Shown here one piece after another: positions 1-12,129 of a stretch of DNA of 64,000 nt (position 1 is its first letter; each line of letters opens with the position of its first letter). The notes below the pieces were generated by a model. The model ran no database searches and was not told the DNA's origin. It saw only the letters and a program-made list of their open reading frames with translations. Made by a program: the position numbers and the translations under genes. The stretch is from Rotaria socialis. Its lineage: Eukaryota. The stretch spans positions 1 to 64,000 of the forward strand of contig CAJNYD010000031.1 of the NCBI GenBank assembly GCA_905331295.1, read 5' to 3'.

Positions 1-74
1 CAGAAAAATATCATAAAATAACTCTAGCTGCCAGCAGGATACAATTCAATGCTAAATTGTTTACTTAAATCATT

Positions 75-257
75 CTCGACGTTTTCGATATTTTTATAAG
101 TTCGACATTTTTTGTTTCGATATTTTTATCTTTCGACCATTTTTTTTTCGATCTTTTTTATTTTGGTATTTTTTATTTCGACATTTTCTATTTCGACGTT
201 TTTTTTTCGACGTTTTTAGTTTCGACATTTTTTGTTTCGACCTTTTCTATACCATTC
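75..257. repeat. Array of degenerate ~15-bp TTTCGA(C/T)nTTTTT units, probably the subterminal repeat block of a non-autonomous DNA transposon whose other end is not identified
   Basis: About a dozen TTCGA-centred units separated by T-runs, ending abruptly at ...GACCTTTTCTATACCATTC. Confidence 0.6.
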
Positions 258-1845
258 GTAGCATTTTCTGAGTCATTGCCTGGTTCTAAACTGCACTTTC
301 GTTTAGTTCCTTTAAAAAAGGTTCTACACTGCTTAAACTACTAATTAAACATCCATCCCTCTTATATCTGTATCGAAACCTATATGAATATCCTCATCAC
401 TTCAAGTCATTATCTTACTCCTGTATCTGTCCCTAACTCGTTCGTTTCATAACTAAATCTGTCATCTTGTGTCATCGCATATAAATATGTTTTATCTGTT
501 CAATGTTTATCTGGTCCTTTAGATTGCACACCGGTTCACGTGTGATTTTCTTTAGGTTGATGTCAACTCTTATATTTATGGATGACGTTGTAAACATTTG
601 TTTAAACTTGTATATCTATGAATTTTTTTCTTCATTTCTATCGGTCTCGCTTCAGATATACTCACGGACAAAGTTATAGTCGTTGTGCAATGCCGAGATT
701 TGCATATTTCTTTCCAACTATAATATATACGTGTCTTTTTCTATGTTAAATGTAAAACGAGTACATGATCTATTGTTACAACGAAATTAAATGCGATTAA
801 AGTCAAATCAAACAAAAAGGAATGCAGCTCTATCGCTTCAATTGTCTAATGGAATGTGTTAACCCCTCATAGCAGACAGTTTCAATTATTTTGTTTTTTT
901 GACCTATTCACCGACAACAATCAGTGTCACAAATTTCATAGTGAACTGAAAATCCAAGTAATTCATTGATTTGGCTAAACGTGTTGATGACTGTATGATC
1001 AATGTCTTGTCTATTATCACGCTAGAAGTTCTTTGGAGTTGAGTCTCCTACAAGGAGTGCAAACAGTAACATCAATACTTGAATTACAGAATAGCGTAGG
1101 TTGGCAGCATTTCTGATTGATGAAAAGTTATTTTTAATGCTGTGAAACATAACACGATTTCAAATTGTATTCTGAAGGTTTTATGAAATTTTTAGCGGTT
1201 TTAAAGATGTTCTAGATGCTTCGTCTAGTATCTATTTGTTTTCAAATAGCTGAAGCTTCTATTTGGAATAATTTTTTGAACTATCTACAACGCTCAATAG
1301 TTTTGGGATAACCAAAATTGAATGTGGAAAATTTAATCTTTCCTGGTAATAACTGTCATGATTTTATATATGAGAACATTTTTCAGAAATACGAATTTTA
1401 TCGGTAAATATTAAGCTCATCGAGAGCCGGTAGTTGATGTTATTCAGCTTATTTGTCATTTGTCTCGACAAATTCATTACTGTCAAATAAAATAATGTCC
1501 TTAAACAACGATTAGAAAAAAAAATGAATTACATCTCTAATCTCACCGTAAGTTGGAGTCGACACGAAAAACCAACGAAGTAAACTTTTAACTATGAATT
1601 GCGGAATCAGGTTTCCAGTTGAATACCAATTGAGTCTTACATTGCTGATTATACCTAATTGAATATTCATCGAAATGACGAAGAAGTAGTTTTACAAGTG
1701 TGTCTAAGAAGTGCGTTTACGATTGATCATAACTTCGTTCGACTGAAAAATATTTTGTTACGTTGGTTTCATCTGCTATAAAATGATGTATCATTCTAAC
1801 AAGTGTACCATTTACTTCAAATAAATTTCAACGATCACTTACACG

Positions 1846-2229
1846 ATGCATCGTTTCTCGACTCTTCTTTTGATCACCTGCTTGGCTATTCTAATTGCAT
1901 TTGCAGCCTGTCGAAAACATCGATACAGATCAGATTGGGAAAATTCTGAAATGGAACAATCGTGGCGATCGCGAAGGTATGGGAATCGAGTTATCGGAGC
2001 TGGGAGATATTCTAGACTGCGGCATGAGAGACATCGTAACCGACGGCGAACAACAGTTTCTACTACCAAATCTACAACAGTAGCTACCTATCGATCAACA
2101 TCCCAAAAAGCAATACCTTCCACTCCGATTCTGGCCAATCAAACAACTGCGAATCCATCATCGATCATGATCGATTCTTCTGTACTACAGATGTCAACAA
2201 CACAATCTCCATCAATCACATTGAACTAA
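1846..2229 (+). CDS. Orphan secreted protein (127 aa): signal peptide, Arg-rich cationic segment, Ser/Thr-rich tail
   Basis: Intronless ORF with hydrophobic N-terminus (MHRFSTLLLITCLAILIAFAAC). TATAAAA at 1777-1783 and AATAAA at 2347-2352. Higher GC than flanks. No family recognised. Confidence 0.65.
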   Translation: MHRFSTLLLITCLAILIAFAACRKHRYRSDWENSEMEQSWRSRRYGNRVIGAGRYSRLRHERHRNRRRTTVSTTKSTTVATYRSTSQKAIPSTPILANQTTANPSSIMIDSSVLQMSTTQSPSITLN

Positions 2230-3999
2230 TGAATATAACAATTCAAATGAAATCCAGTATTTTTATTACTGTACTTAAGAAAAGATGATAAGCATTCGTC
2301 AAAATTAGTTACGAATGTAAAGCTACTTAAGTGTGTTTTTCTGACAAATAAAACTGATGAGGCAAAGATTTTTAAAGAGTAGAGAAACTTCCCTTATTGT
2401 TATTTATTTTATTTCAGATTTGATCTTAAATCATCTGAAAATATCATCAAACTTTTGCACTGTAATTTCTGGAGACATTTTGAACACTTTTTGAATTTGA
2501 AGGATGGATAAAAAGAAACTGAAACGCTGGAATTCGGTGACATGAAAAAATGAAAAGTACAAAAGGTGTCGCTCAATAGAAAAATATCCAATTGGTTCAT
2601 ATCTCTCGTTCTCAGATATGACTATGCAAAATCGAAGAAGAATATTTAGACAAAAATGAGCCGATCGAATTTCTTGAAGCGTTTCTCATAAGACATAGCA
2701 GAATCTGATACATTGAATTAAAATCGAATTTTTTCTATTACAAGGCTGATTTTCTTTTAGATGTCATCGATGAAACTATTTTATATTTGGCGTTAGAAAT
2801 TTTCCCAACATAGAGAGCGAATGCAAAGTTGAATGTGAAATTCATTATTAAAGAAACTATATTTTATATTGAAAATGATAAGTATACTAATGTTTGTCTA
2901 ATATTTTATAGAATATTATGAAAGTTTTCTTTCATGAAAACATTAAATAATCAGTAGTTAACATTCATTTTGTTTTCTGTATTCCTTTTTGTGTAGTAAT
3001 GAAAATCTTAACAGAAAAAAAAAGATTGTTAACTATCACATTGAGGTACTCATAATGAAAACTTCTTTATTTGAGTTTCACCTTGTTGAGTATAATCTAT
3101 AAAGACAATACAAAATATAATGTCATTTGTATTAGATTAGTTTTTTCTCTTGATTAAGGACCATTTTAATAATTTTTTTCTAACAAAATACTGAAATCGT
3201 ATTCTAAATTGGTTTTATGAATTGATGTTTTGGGCACATCGTAAGCACAAAACTTTTTTCTTAAAACTGAATCTAGATTTCAATTGATAGTAGCAATTTT
3301 ATGAAGAACTCTATGCATGATTTAAAATTTATCAGTCGACATTGAACATTAATATAAGGATGATTATGAGATTTAATGGAAAACTTACTAAAACTCAGTA
3401 TAAATAAAACCGAAATATATATTGACATGAATTTTTGTAGAGTTTTACTTTATCTCATCTAATGAGATAAGATCTATGTTCAAAGTAACACGTCATTCGG
3501 TAAATATTTTATTATTATTAGACTTCGAAAATACGTTGAAATGTCGATGACATAGCATCATAAAACAGCCATGATTTTATTAGTAGAGAATAAAACTTAT
3601 TTGAACAATAAATAAGAAATTTCATTAAAATATTTATCTCATCAATTGAAAAACACGAATATCTGCTTAGATTTTCTGAATCTTTAGAGTCGTTAGCGCC
3701 AATTAATTTATCAGATGTATAATACAGAACACGGTAAAAATTTAAAAGTATAAAGAATTAAATATGAGTTTAAGAAATGTTTTTTAGCCGAGAGAAAATA
3801 CGAAAGTTTCCTTTAATGAAGAAAACATAGAGATAATTTATAGAACAACAATAGTTCATACGTATAGGTAGAATCATGTGGAAAAACAGAATTTTCTGTG
3901 ACACTATCAAAACTATTGTGTATTGTTTTTATTAGTATTAAAATTTCAAATAATTTTGTTTTTCTTTTATTTTGATAGAAAATAATTTGATTTTCAGAT

Positions 4000-4218
4000 A
4001 TGGTTAATGTAGTAAAAGGTTCATTAATTAAATGTGATCCAGCTGTAAAACAATATTTAGTCTATTTGGATGAAAGATTAGTTTTTGGAGAAAAATTTAT
4101 TCTACATAACTTAGATGAACAACATTTATTTGTTCAAACATCAGCTGTACCAATGATTAAAATAAAATTACAAGAACAAATCGATAAAATTTCTTACGAT
4201 TCAGCTCAAACAAAATAA
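4000..4218 (+). CDS. GTF2H5: TFIIH subunit p8 / TTD-A (Tfb5)
   Basis: 72 aa; MVNVVKGSLIKCDPAVKQYLVYLDE...FILHNLDEQHLFV matches the Tfb5 pattern MVNVxKGVLIxCDPAMKQFLLxLDE...FIIQDLDDTHLFV. TTTTCAG acceptor at 3991-3997, just before the ATG. Confidence 0.95.
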   Translation: MVNVVKGSLIKCDPAVKQYLVYLDERLVFGEKFILHNLDEQHLFVQTSAVPMIKIKLQEQIDKISYDSAQTK

Positions 4219-4224
4219 ATAAAA

Positions 4225-4623
4225 ATGTCCCATGATAAATTTCTTTCTCATATTTACTTTCGTTTATCAACAATAATATCCAGTGATCCTTTATTTTCTG
4301 ATATTAACTGTCATCCTTCAAAAATTTCTTTTTCAAACTTAAATCAACCTCAACAAGAACAACTTATATTAATATCTATTCGACGATTTGATCAATCAAT
4401 AATTAATGTTTATGTATCAGAAGAGGCTCGTGTATTTGAATTGAAAAGAGCTATTCAAGAAAAATTTTCAGATAAGAAAATAAATTGGAAAAGCATCTGG
4501 AAAAGATATCTATTAGCCACTGATGATCATCAACAATTAATTAGTCATAATCGACGAATCAAACAATATGGAGTCCATAACAACTGTGAACTCTCTTTTA
4601 TTCGTCGTCGACGAATAAAATAA
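4225..4623 (+). CDS. SNRNP25: U11/U12 snRNP 25 kDa protein (ubiquitin-like fold)
   Basis: 132 aa with the SNRNP25 motifs DPLFSDI, ARVFELKRAIQ, INWKSIWKRYLL and IKQYGVHNNCELSFIRR. AATAAA at 4654-4659. Confidence 0.88.
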   Translation: MSHDKFLSHIYFRLSTIISSDPLFSDINCHPSKISFSNLNQPQQEQLILISIRRFDQSIINVYVSEEARVFELKRAIQEKFSDKKINWKSIWKRYLLATDDHQQLISHNRRIKQYGVHNNCELSFIRRRRIK

Positions 4624-6809
4624 TTTTTGTTTTGGTTGTTTTTGTTTAAAACAAATAAAGATAATCATTAAAGAAATTATTTGATTGCTTATGAACATTT
4701 AATTTAATTTTATCTTTATGATTCATTTAAATTTCTGTAGTAAGCTTCAAGGAAATACGAGACAAGTATAATTAAATGATTGATTGAAACAATAAGCTGG
4801 AATCATCTCAGTTAAACATATTAATGAGCAATATCTTCCAGAACATTAATGAATACCCCAAAATGGATTACATGATTATTTGTTTTTATATCGTTGAGAT
4901 ATTTTATGATAGTTTGAAATTTTAATATCCTACAAAAAAAAGTTCAAATCTGAAACACTGAAATATTCTACGCAAGACTGCAACTTTCTATGTAACTTAT
5001 ACAGCTTTGAAAGAGGAATTTTAGAATAAAAGAAAAAAGATGAATGATTCAACAACGAAATATTTTGTTTCAATTAATGCAAATTTGTGAAAATATTCAT
5101 ATCCTCAAAATTACATGTTTAAATTTGAAGATATCATTGAGTATTAGATCGAAAATTTTCATCTTCCTGAACAAGAATATTTAGAATAATACTGAGGGGG
5201 TGCCATGAACAAAATATTTATCGTCTCATGTGTTATACTTCAATTCTGACATCATTCTTGATAAGAATTTGGGCACACAAATCAAGCTACAACAATGCAT
5301 TGAGATTGTATCATTTTAAATCGATTAATAAATTTGAATGAATGAAAACTTAGAAATATTTTCAATCAATTAGAAAGAATTCAGAGATAAATACTTGACA
5401 ATAAAAATGATGTCACTTCAATTTATTCGTAATGAATGATTAATATTTTTCAGTTCTATATCTTATTCTTTTATCAGCCTACAGGAAAAATCTTTGCGGC
5501 TAAATATTCTCATTCAACTGATTTAAAGTCGTCTTTTCATCACTATTAAGTAGCACACCGAAATTTTCTTATTAAAATACTGTCTCAACATTCTTATGAT
5601 TTAAAATAAGTACCAGCTACATAAATACTAGTAAAATTGATTTCCAAATTGAAATTACTATTGAATGATTGAATTATATTGATCAAACATGTTCTAAAAG
5701 ATTCATGTTTGAATTTACTAAATAATTATAAATGATTTGTGAAAAAGAAATGTCACCGAAATAAATCTCTTTGGACATTCCTGGCAGTATAACATCATAG
5801 AGTACCAGGGTACCATACGCCTGGAATAGCCTCTGATCTCTATTCTATTCACAGAAAATAAAGGATAACTAATATAGGGGAAAGTGTATATGATTGTGGC
5901 TGATATGTATAGTAGATGACATATAAGCGTGAGTGGCTTCGAGCGATGTCTGATGTAACTCTATAAAAGATTAAATATTTCATTGTGAAAAAGACTATAA
6001 CTAACTGAAGGGTTAGTATATAATTAATCAGAGCACGATAATGCGCCTTGTAAGATAGAACATCATGGAGGTCTTGATCTGATGATGATCTCTATTACGA
6101 ATGAACAGATGTGGGCGAATAATAGACTTACAACTGTCTCCACAGCTCTTATCTAGAAATATTGTTCGAAATAAAATGTTTCGTATTCAATCGTAAACAT
6201 GACTATTCGTTTGTTAGTAGAAGTTTGAATTGCTTTGCATTACATTTCAAATTACCAAAATAAAAATGTGTTGCATTATTAGTAAAATTGTTCGTTATTC
6301 TTATGAGTGATTTATATTCCATGGAGAGATGCGATGAAAGAGATCAATGCATATTTTTTTTCGAAAAAAACGACTACTCCATGCGCGACGCAATACTTTT
6401 TTCATTTTTCATTTTGAATATCTCAACTTAATGAAATTGAATGAAACTGAAATTTTCAGAATATATTTAAGACTCATTGCTCTACATACTCTGAAAGTTT
6501 TATAGGATTCAAAACTCCCGTGACAATTTTATTATCAAAATTAGGCTCGTTACGGAATCACCAACAATGGACTTAGAGATTGAGTCCTATAAAGAACTGG
6601 AAAACTTAGCTCAACTAAAACTGCGAAGAAAAAGATTCAATACGAAAATTGCAGTGGAGATGACATATCCAATCTATTAATGATATTACTTTATTAATTG
6701 TTTGGTCAATATGTTCAGTCTTCATATCACCTGGTTTTCGATCAATCAAATCAGAATCATCTGTAGATAATTGAATCAAATCTACTACATTAATATAATT
6801 TATTAACTT

Positions 6810-7033
6810 GCCAACTCTAGGTTTACGGAGCCCATATAGGACCGTATTAGGACGTATTGCATGGCTCAATATTATGATCGTACATCGCCGTATTGGACAC
6901 GGTGGAGTGCGACCATATACGACAAAATACGGAGCCAAACGGAGATTGTATCCGGACTCCGTGTACAAGAATCATAACGATCGTTTTATTTTCTTCATAT
7001 ACGTTCGTAAACGAACGTGCTTGTTCAACCTGG
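6810..7033. mobile_element. Degenerate copy of the MITE family also present at 48794-48988
   Basis: Shares AAATACGG...AAACGGAGATTGTAT and the terminal CGTAAACGA.CGT.CTTGTT..A.CTGG with 48794-48988. GC-rich island. No TSD found. Confidence 0.6.
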
Positions 7034-7739
7034 CAGTGTTTCTCTTTTCTATCAATAACATTATTGTCATCGTTGTTTTCTCCAGACAAATCAGTCATTT
7101 CCTGCTCACTGATTTTCTAACTATCATCTACGACATCGGTGTCTTTGTCGAAAGTGTTATTCTCGTCTTTAACACTTGCATGATTTTTCTTGTCAACAGT
7201 AATATACCAGCTGATATTTCGTTTACTGAAAAAGTTCGACTGTTATTCTTGACTTTTGGCAGAAAGAAACTTCATCCCCCAACCAATATTGAGATTAATC
7301 TTCATTATTAGATAGTTTATCGAGTAAATTTTCTCTCCATGAATCCTGATTAAGTGATCTCGGTAAATGAGATTTTCACACTTCAGTCGATTCATGATAC
7401 GATCGGAAATTTTTCAAAGCTCGATCAAACACTCAATTCACGATTAACCATGCTCGTGGTCACGATTGCGTTTATTTGGATCACGCTCAATGTCTAAGTA
7501 CATCAATGATTAACAATATTGCTCGATCTGGTTTTGTACACAATTTAATCAAATTTCAAATAAAATGGAACATGTTTCAAATGTTTCTCTAGCATCAGCT
7601 ACAAATTAATTGGTAACTTGTGAAGACTTTCTTGTTGATGTTTTACAAGTACAAAATTAGAGGATTACGGAGTCCATATCCAGTCGTAAACGGGCGCATA
7701 CGTTCTGCTTGTATCCGTATACGACACGGGTATCTAGGA

Positions 7740-7896
7740 CAGTAGTGAAACCAGGATTTTGGACAGTGAATGCTCAACCACCAAATCTAACCTTTGATCC
7801 TTCGCGCATAAGGAATAAAATACACGTATAAAAACCTCTCCTAGGAGGGCTCAGCAGTGTGTAGAGGACTGAGCCCTCCCCTTGGCTCCGCCACCG
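7740..7896. mobile_element. Degenerate hAT-like MITE
   Basis: Right end TGGCTCCGCCACCG resembles the CAGTGGCGGA-type termini of the hAT MITEs at 62224 and 62920. Left end CAGTAGTGAAACCA is divergent and the flanks match at only 5/8. Confidence 0.35.
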
Positions 7897-8951
7897 ATCG
7901 ATAATGCGAGGGTGTGGGCGATTAGAAGCCTTTTATTCATTCGCATCGTCAATTTTCGATGTAGTTTTAAAAGAAATGTTTTACGAGCAAAATTTCGAAA
8001 TCATAAAATGACAAAGCTGTATGAATGTTTGAGTTGTTCAAGAAAATGTATCTACTCATTTCTTTTGAATTAAAGACTGCATCTAATGATACACTAACAT
8101 AAATTTAATACGATAAATTTGACACGTAAAAATCTTATTTCTCATCATGAAGTCAAAAATATCATCAAGTATTAGCTTATCAATTTTTATTTCTCTAATC
8201 AAAAATACTCAGAATCATCATGTTAAAAAATCTATTCCAAAGGAAACACTGATACCTGAAATATAGAAAATAAAAATAAGATATTTATAATGTGGCACTG
8301 TCTATTTTTTCATTAATAATCTCTTATATAACAATATTTCATAGATATTCCTCAGTTCTTCAGAAAAATGAAGTAAACAATTTTACTAATGATCTTCATT
8401 CTCACAAAAACCTAGAAATTAGTTCAGCATATGACTCATAACATTGATTGAGAATATTATTGTTCAAATGTAAGATCAATTATGTTGATAAATGATAATA
8501 CAATGTGTGATATTATACAGATTTCGAACTATTAAGTGCTGGCACCTAATGAACGAAAGTGTTACATAATTAACACTAAATTGTTAAAGTTCTTTTTCAT
8601 TAATATTTCTCTTGAATTTCTTCATCTTATAAGAAAATATCTGAATACTACTCGAAAATAGAAACTCTCTTTGTCATAGATAACTTTGCAAGAACTTCAA
8701 AATATATTAATTACTATTCTACATGGCAATGGCAATACTTGGATATTCGCTTGTAATTCATTCGTCAAATCTTATTCTGTGTTAAAAAACAAGAAAGATG
8801 TCACTGTTCATTGATTTATGTTGACACGTAGACAATCATTGGTGTGTTTCTATATAAATTAATTTACATTGACAGTAGCGAAAAGAAAAGACAAACGGCA
8901 GACAGATAACGAATAACGAACTCAAATCGATTAAGTGAAGTATCACAAAAA

Positions 8952-9614
8952 ATGGTTGATCAACCTCAACTTCATCGTTCTGCTGAAATTGAAGATTTAG
9001 CTCATCTCACACCAGAAGACATTAATAAGCCACTCGTTAATAAACAACAAAAAACTAAACAGGCACTAATTGTTGTCGATATTCAGAATGATTATTTTCC
9101 AGGTGGTAAATGGGTACTCAGTGGCATGGATGCTGCCGCGGACAATGCAGCTCAATTAATTGCAGCAGCACGGGCTTCCGATGATTTAGTTGTTCACATT
9201 CGTCATGAATTTCCAACAAGTGATGCTCCATTTTTTGCATTAGGATCAACAGGTGTTCAAATTCATGCAAAAGTACAAAATCGCGAGGATGAACATGTCA
9301 TCGTTAAAAATCATATTAATTCATTCAGAGAAACAAAACTCAAAGAAGTCCTTGATCGTAATGAAATTTGCGATATTGTTATATGTGGTGCAATGAGTCA
9401 CATGTGCATTGATGGTATTACTCGTGCTGCACACGATTTTGGATATAATTGCATTGTTATTCATGATGCTTGCGCATCACGTGATCTTGAATTTAATGGT
9501 ATACAAGTTCCAGCTGAGCATGTACACGCTGCATTTATGGCTGCACTCGGATTTGCTTATGCTAAAACTATTTCTACGAATGAATTTCTTAAAAATAAAA
9601 AAACTCAAGATTAA
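8952..9614 (+). CDS. Isochorismatase-family cysteine hydrolase, bacterial-type (probable horizontal transfer)
   Basis: 220 aa, intronless. Motifs ALIVVDIQNDYFPGG, VVHIRHE, VKNHINSFRET, GAMSHMCIDGITRAA.DFGY and DACASRDL carry the Asp-Lys-Cys triad. TATATAAA at 8851; AATAAA near 9654. Confidence 0.92.
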   Translation: MVDQPQLHRSAEIEDLAHLTPEDINKPLVNKQQKTKQALIVVDIQNDYFPGGKWVLSGMDAAADNAAQLIAAARASDDLVVHIRHEFPTSDAPFFALGSTGVQIHAKVQNREDEHVIVKNHINSFRETKLKEVLDRNEICDIVICGAMSHMCIDGITRAAHDFGYNCIVIHDACASRDLEFNGIQVPAEHVHAAFMAALGFAYAKTISTNEFLKNKKTQD

Positions 9615-10436
9615 AGATTTTATAAAAGAAACAATATGATTTTACATACTCATAATAAATTAAATGTTCATTTAATAAAATATTTCTGTTCTTTTTTTTG
9701 TGTCAATTTTCCAGAATAGAATGTTTTAATTTGCCAACAATAACTCAAACAGATATTGATAAATGCCATTCAATTTTAGTTACGAGTTTTACTTATTTAC
9801 GTTCATTCGTTCTTCTTTGAAATTTATTTACAAATAAAACAACGAAATGTACTAGCTATAGAATTTTAGAAGCTCTATATCTTAGTGATTATTTTATCAA
9901 ATATTTTTTCTTGATGAATATTCGTCTTTTGTTATTGTATAATAATAAGCTGTTGGATATAATATAAAAAGAAATATCAACAAAGTTCTAATGCTATTTC
10001 AAGTCGAATTAATAATTCATAATGTTTTTGTGTTTGAGATTGAAAACGTTGTTTTTATTTTTGGATCATAAAATACATTTTAATAGAAAATCTTCAACTT
10101 TGATTCGCGAATTTATATTAAATTTGACATGTTTTCTACAAAGATATGAGTCTATGCATTGAGAATTTCTCTATTTTTATGATTAAATATCCTGATCATA
10201 TGACCTTTTATTACCTTATTACGATATTTGATTATTTCGACGATTGTTTTTAAGTTTTAATGGTAACTATAAATCGATAAGAACAAAACTTTATCTATAC
10301 AAGTCAATAAAATGGATAAAAAAATATTGTAATAAATAGTTTTAATTGTCTTTATAAATCGTTGAATAAAAATATTTATGTATATCTAATCCAGGTTAGA
10401 CTATTCTTGTCGATTATTGGTTTTAGCAGCACATTC

Positions 10437-12129
10437 ATGATGATAAAAACGATTCAGTTCGTTGGAATTATTTTAATATTTATTAATTTAATCCCTTCAG
10501 TAACTGGAATGACTGTTAATAATGATCCAATTGATGTTCGATTTGCATCATCAGTTCAAATTGATGATGTTCTGAAACATCTTAATGAATTCCAGGCTAT
10601 AGCAACAGCTTCTAATGGCAATCGAGCTGCTAAAACGATTGGTTTTAATCGTACTCTTGATTATATTACAAATTTTCTTGCATTAAAAACAAATTTTAAA
10701 GTTACAAAAAGCTTTTTCAATTTGAGAAATTTTCAGCTTCTTCGCAATCCAACATTATCGTCTACAATAAATGGAGTTGTTAAAACACATACATATTCAA
10801 CCAATCTTGCCGCAGCAGAATTTTATCATGTTCAATATTCAACATCAGTTACCATTAGTAACAATGTTGTTCTGACGGCTATTCCTAATTTAGGTTGTTC
10901 TGATGCAGATTGGCTTGCAGCAATACCATCTCCTGATGGCCTTGTAGCACTCGTTAAACGAGGTGATTGTACCTTCGAAAGTAAAGCAATTCTTGCAAGT
11001 AAATATAATGTTGCTGCCTTATTACTCTACAATGATGGCAGCACATCCAGCAATATGCAACCGATTTATATCAATCTTGGTCAAAATAATCGTGTACCAG
11101 CACTATTTCTTTCATACAATCTTGGCCAATCACTGGTTTCTGCGGCAAACGATCCATCACGAGTAGCAACCATTCGTCTTACTATAGCAACTGATACTGC
11201 ATTAAATCCGACAGGAAATATATGCGCCGATACAGTAACAGGTGATCCCACTCAAACCATTGTGATTGGCAGCCACAGTGATAGTGTTCCTGCTGGACCA
11301 GGCATTAATGACAATGGTATGTTCAACTAACTATTTCATATTCAAATCTATTTATGTTTTTCTTGCTATTATCCCAGGTAGTGGAAGTGCAACTAATCTT
11401 GCTTTAGCTGCTGCTCTATCAAGTCTTCTACAAACGTCAAATTATCCTGCTTACAAATATCGAGTTCGATTTTGTTGGTGGGGTGCTGAAGAATTAGGAC
11501 TTCTTGGTGCTAATTATCATGTTACAGAAGCAAAAAAAGCGGCTGTTGTTGGTGAACGTATAACAGATTATTTGATCAATATTAATTTGGATATGTTAGG
11601 ATCACCAAATTTTATATTTGGTATTTATGATGGTAGAACAACGCCGACTAATACACCAGCAGCTGCGAAACCAGGAAGTAATAAGACAACAACCTTATTT
11701 CAAAGTTGGTTCGATCAAAATAAATTACCATGGGATTATACGAGATTTGATGGTCGTAGTGATTATGGTCCATTTTTAGCTGCCGGCGTTGTTGCAGGTG
11801 GCCTTTTTTCAGGTGCAGATGCAGTGAAAACAACAGTGCAAGTGAATAAATATGCAACAATGCTTGGAGGAAATTTGGGTGGAACTGCAGGAATTAGACA
11901 AGACGTATGTTATCATCAAGCATGTGATAAAACGACCAATATCAATGAATTTGCTCTCAATAAAATGGTTCAAGCAACTGCATATGCGATTGAAAGCCTA
12001 GGTCAACAGCCTAATTTAAAAAGTTGGCTATATCCGACCAGAGAAATCCAAGACATCAATAGAAACACACCACCGTCACCATATGAATATGATTCAATTA
12101 ATGAATATTTTGGACTACCCTATAATTAG
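10437..12129 (+). CDS. Secreted M28 aminopeptidase with PA domain (aminopeptidase Y / SGAP-like); exons 10437-11316 and 11378-12129, 543 aa
   Basis: Signal peptide; PA-domain motif ALVKRGDCTF; Zn-ligand motifs GSHSDSV, GINDNG|SG, WWGAEELGLLG, NLDM, FDGRSDYGPF, YHQACD. A 61-nt GTATGT...CCCAG intron (11317-11377) joins the two ORFs in frame. Confidence 0.93.

Noticed and set aside
75..257. Regularly spaced repeats resembling a CRISPR array
   Set aside because: Units are ~15 bp and degenerate with no unique spacers, there are no cas genes, and the context is eukaryotic.
2400..2830. Coding-like stretch (EEEYLDKNEPIEFLEAFL...)
   Set aside because: Interrupted by stops and no recognisable family. 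The same holds for similar decayed-looking stretches at ~4750-5450, 36500-37800 and 42600-43400.
5751..6199. Possible solo LTR (TGTCAC start, TATAAAA, AATAAA, ...AAACA end)
   Set aside because: No target-site duplication and no second copy in the window, so it cannot be supported.
6615..7311. Overlapping ORFs of 75-167 aa
   Set aside because: They run through a GC-rich MITE and give no coherent protein; likely spurious.
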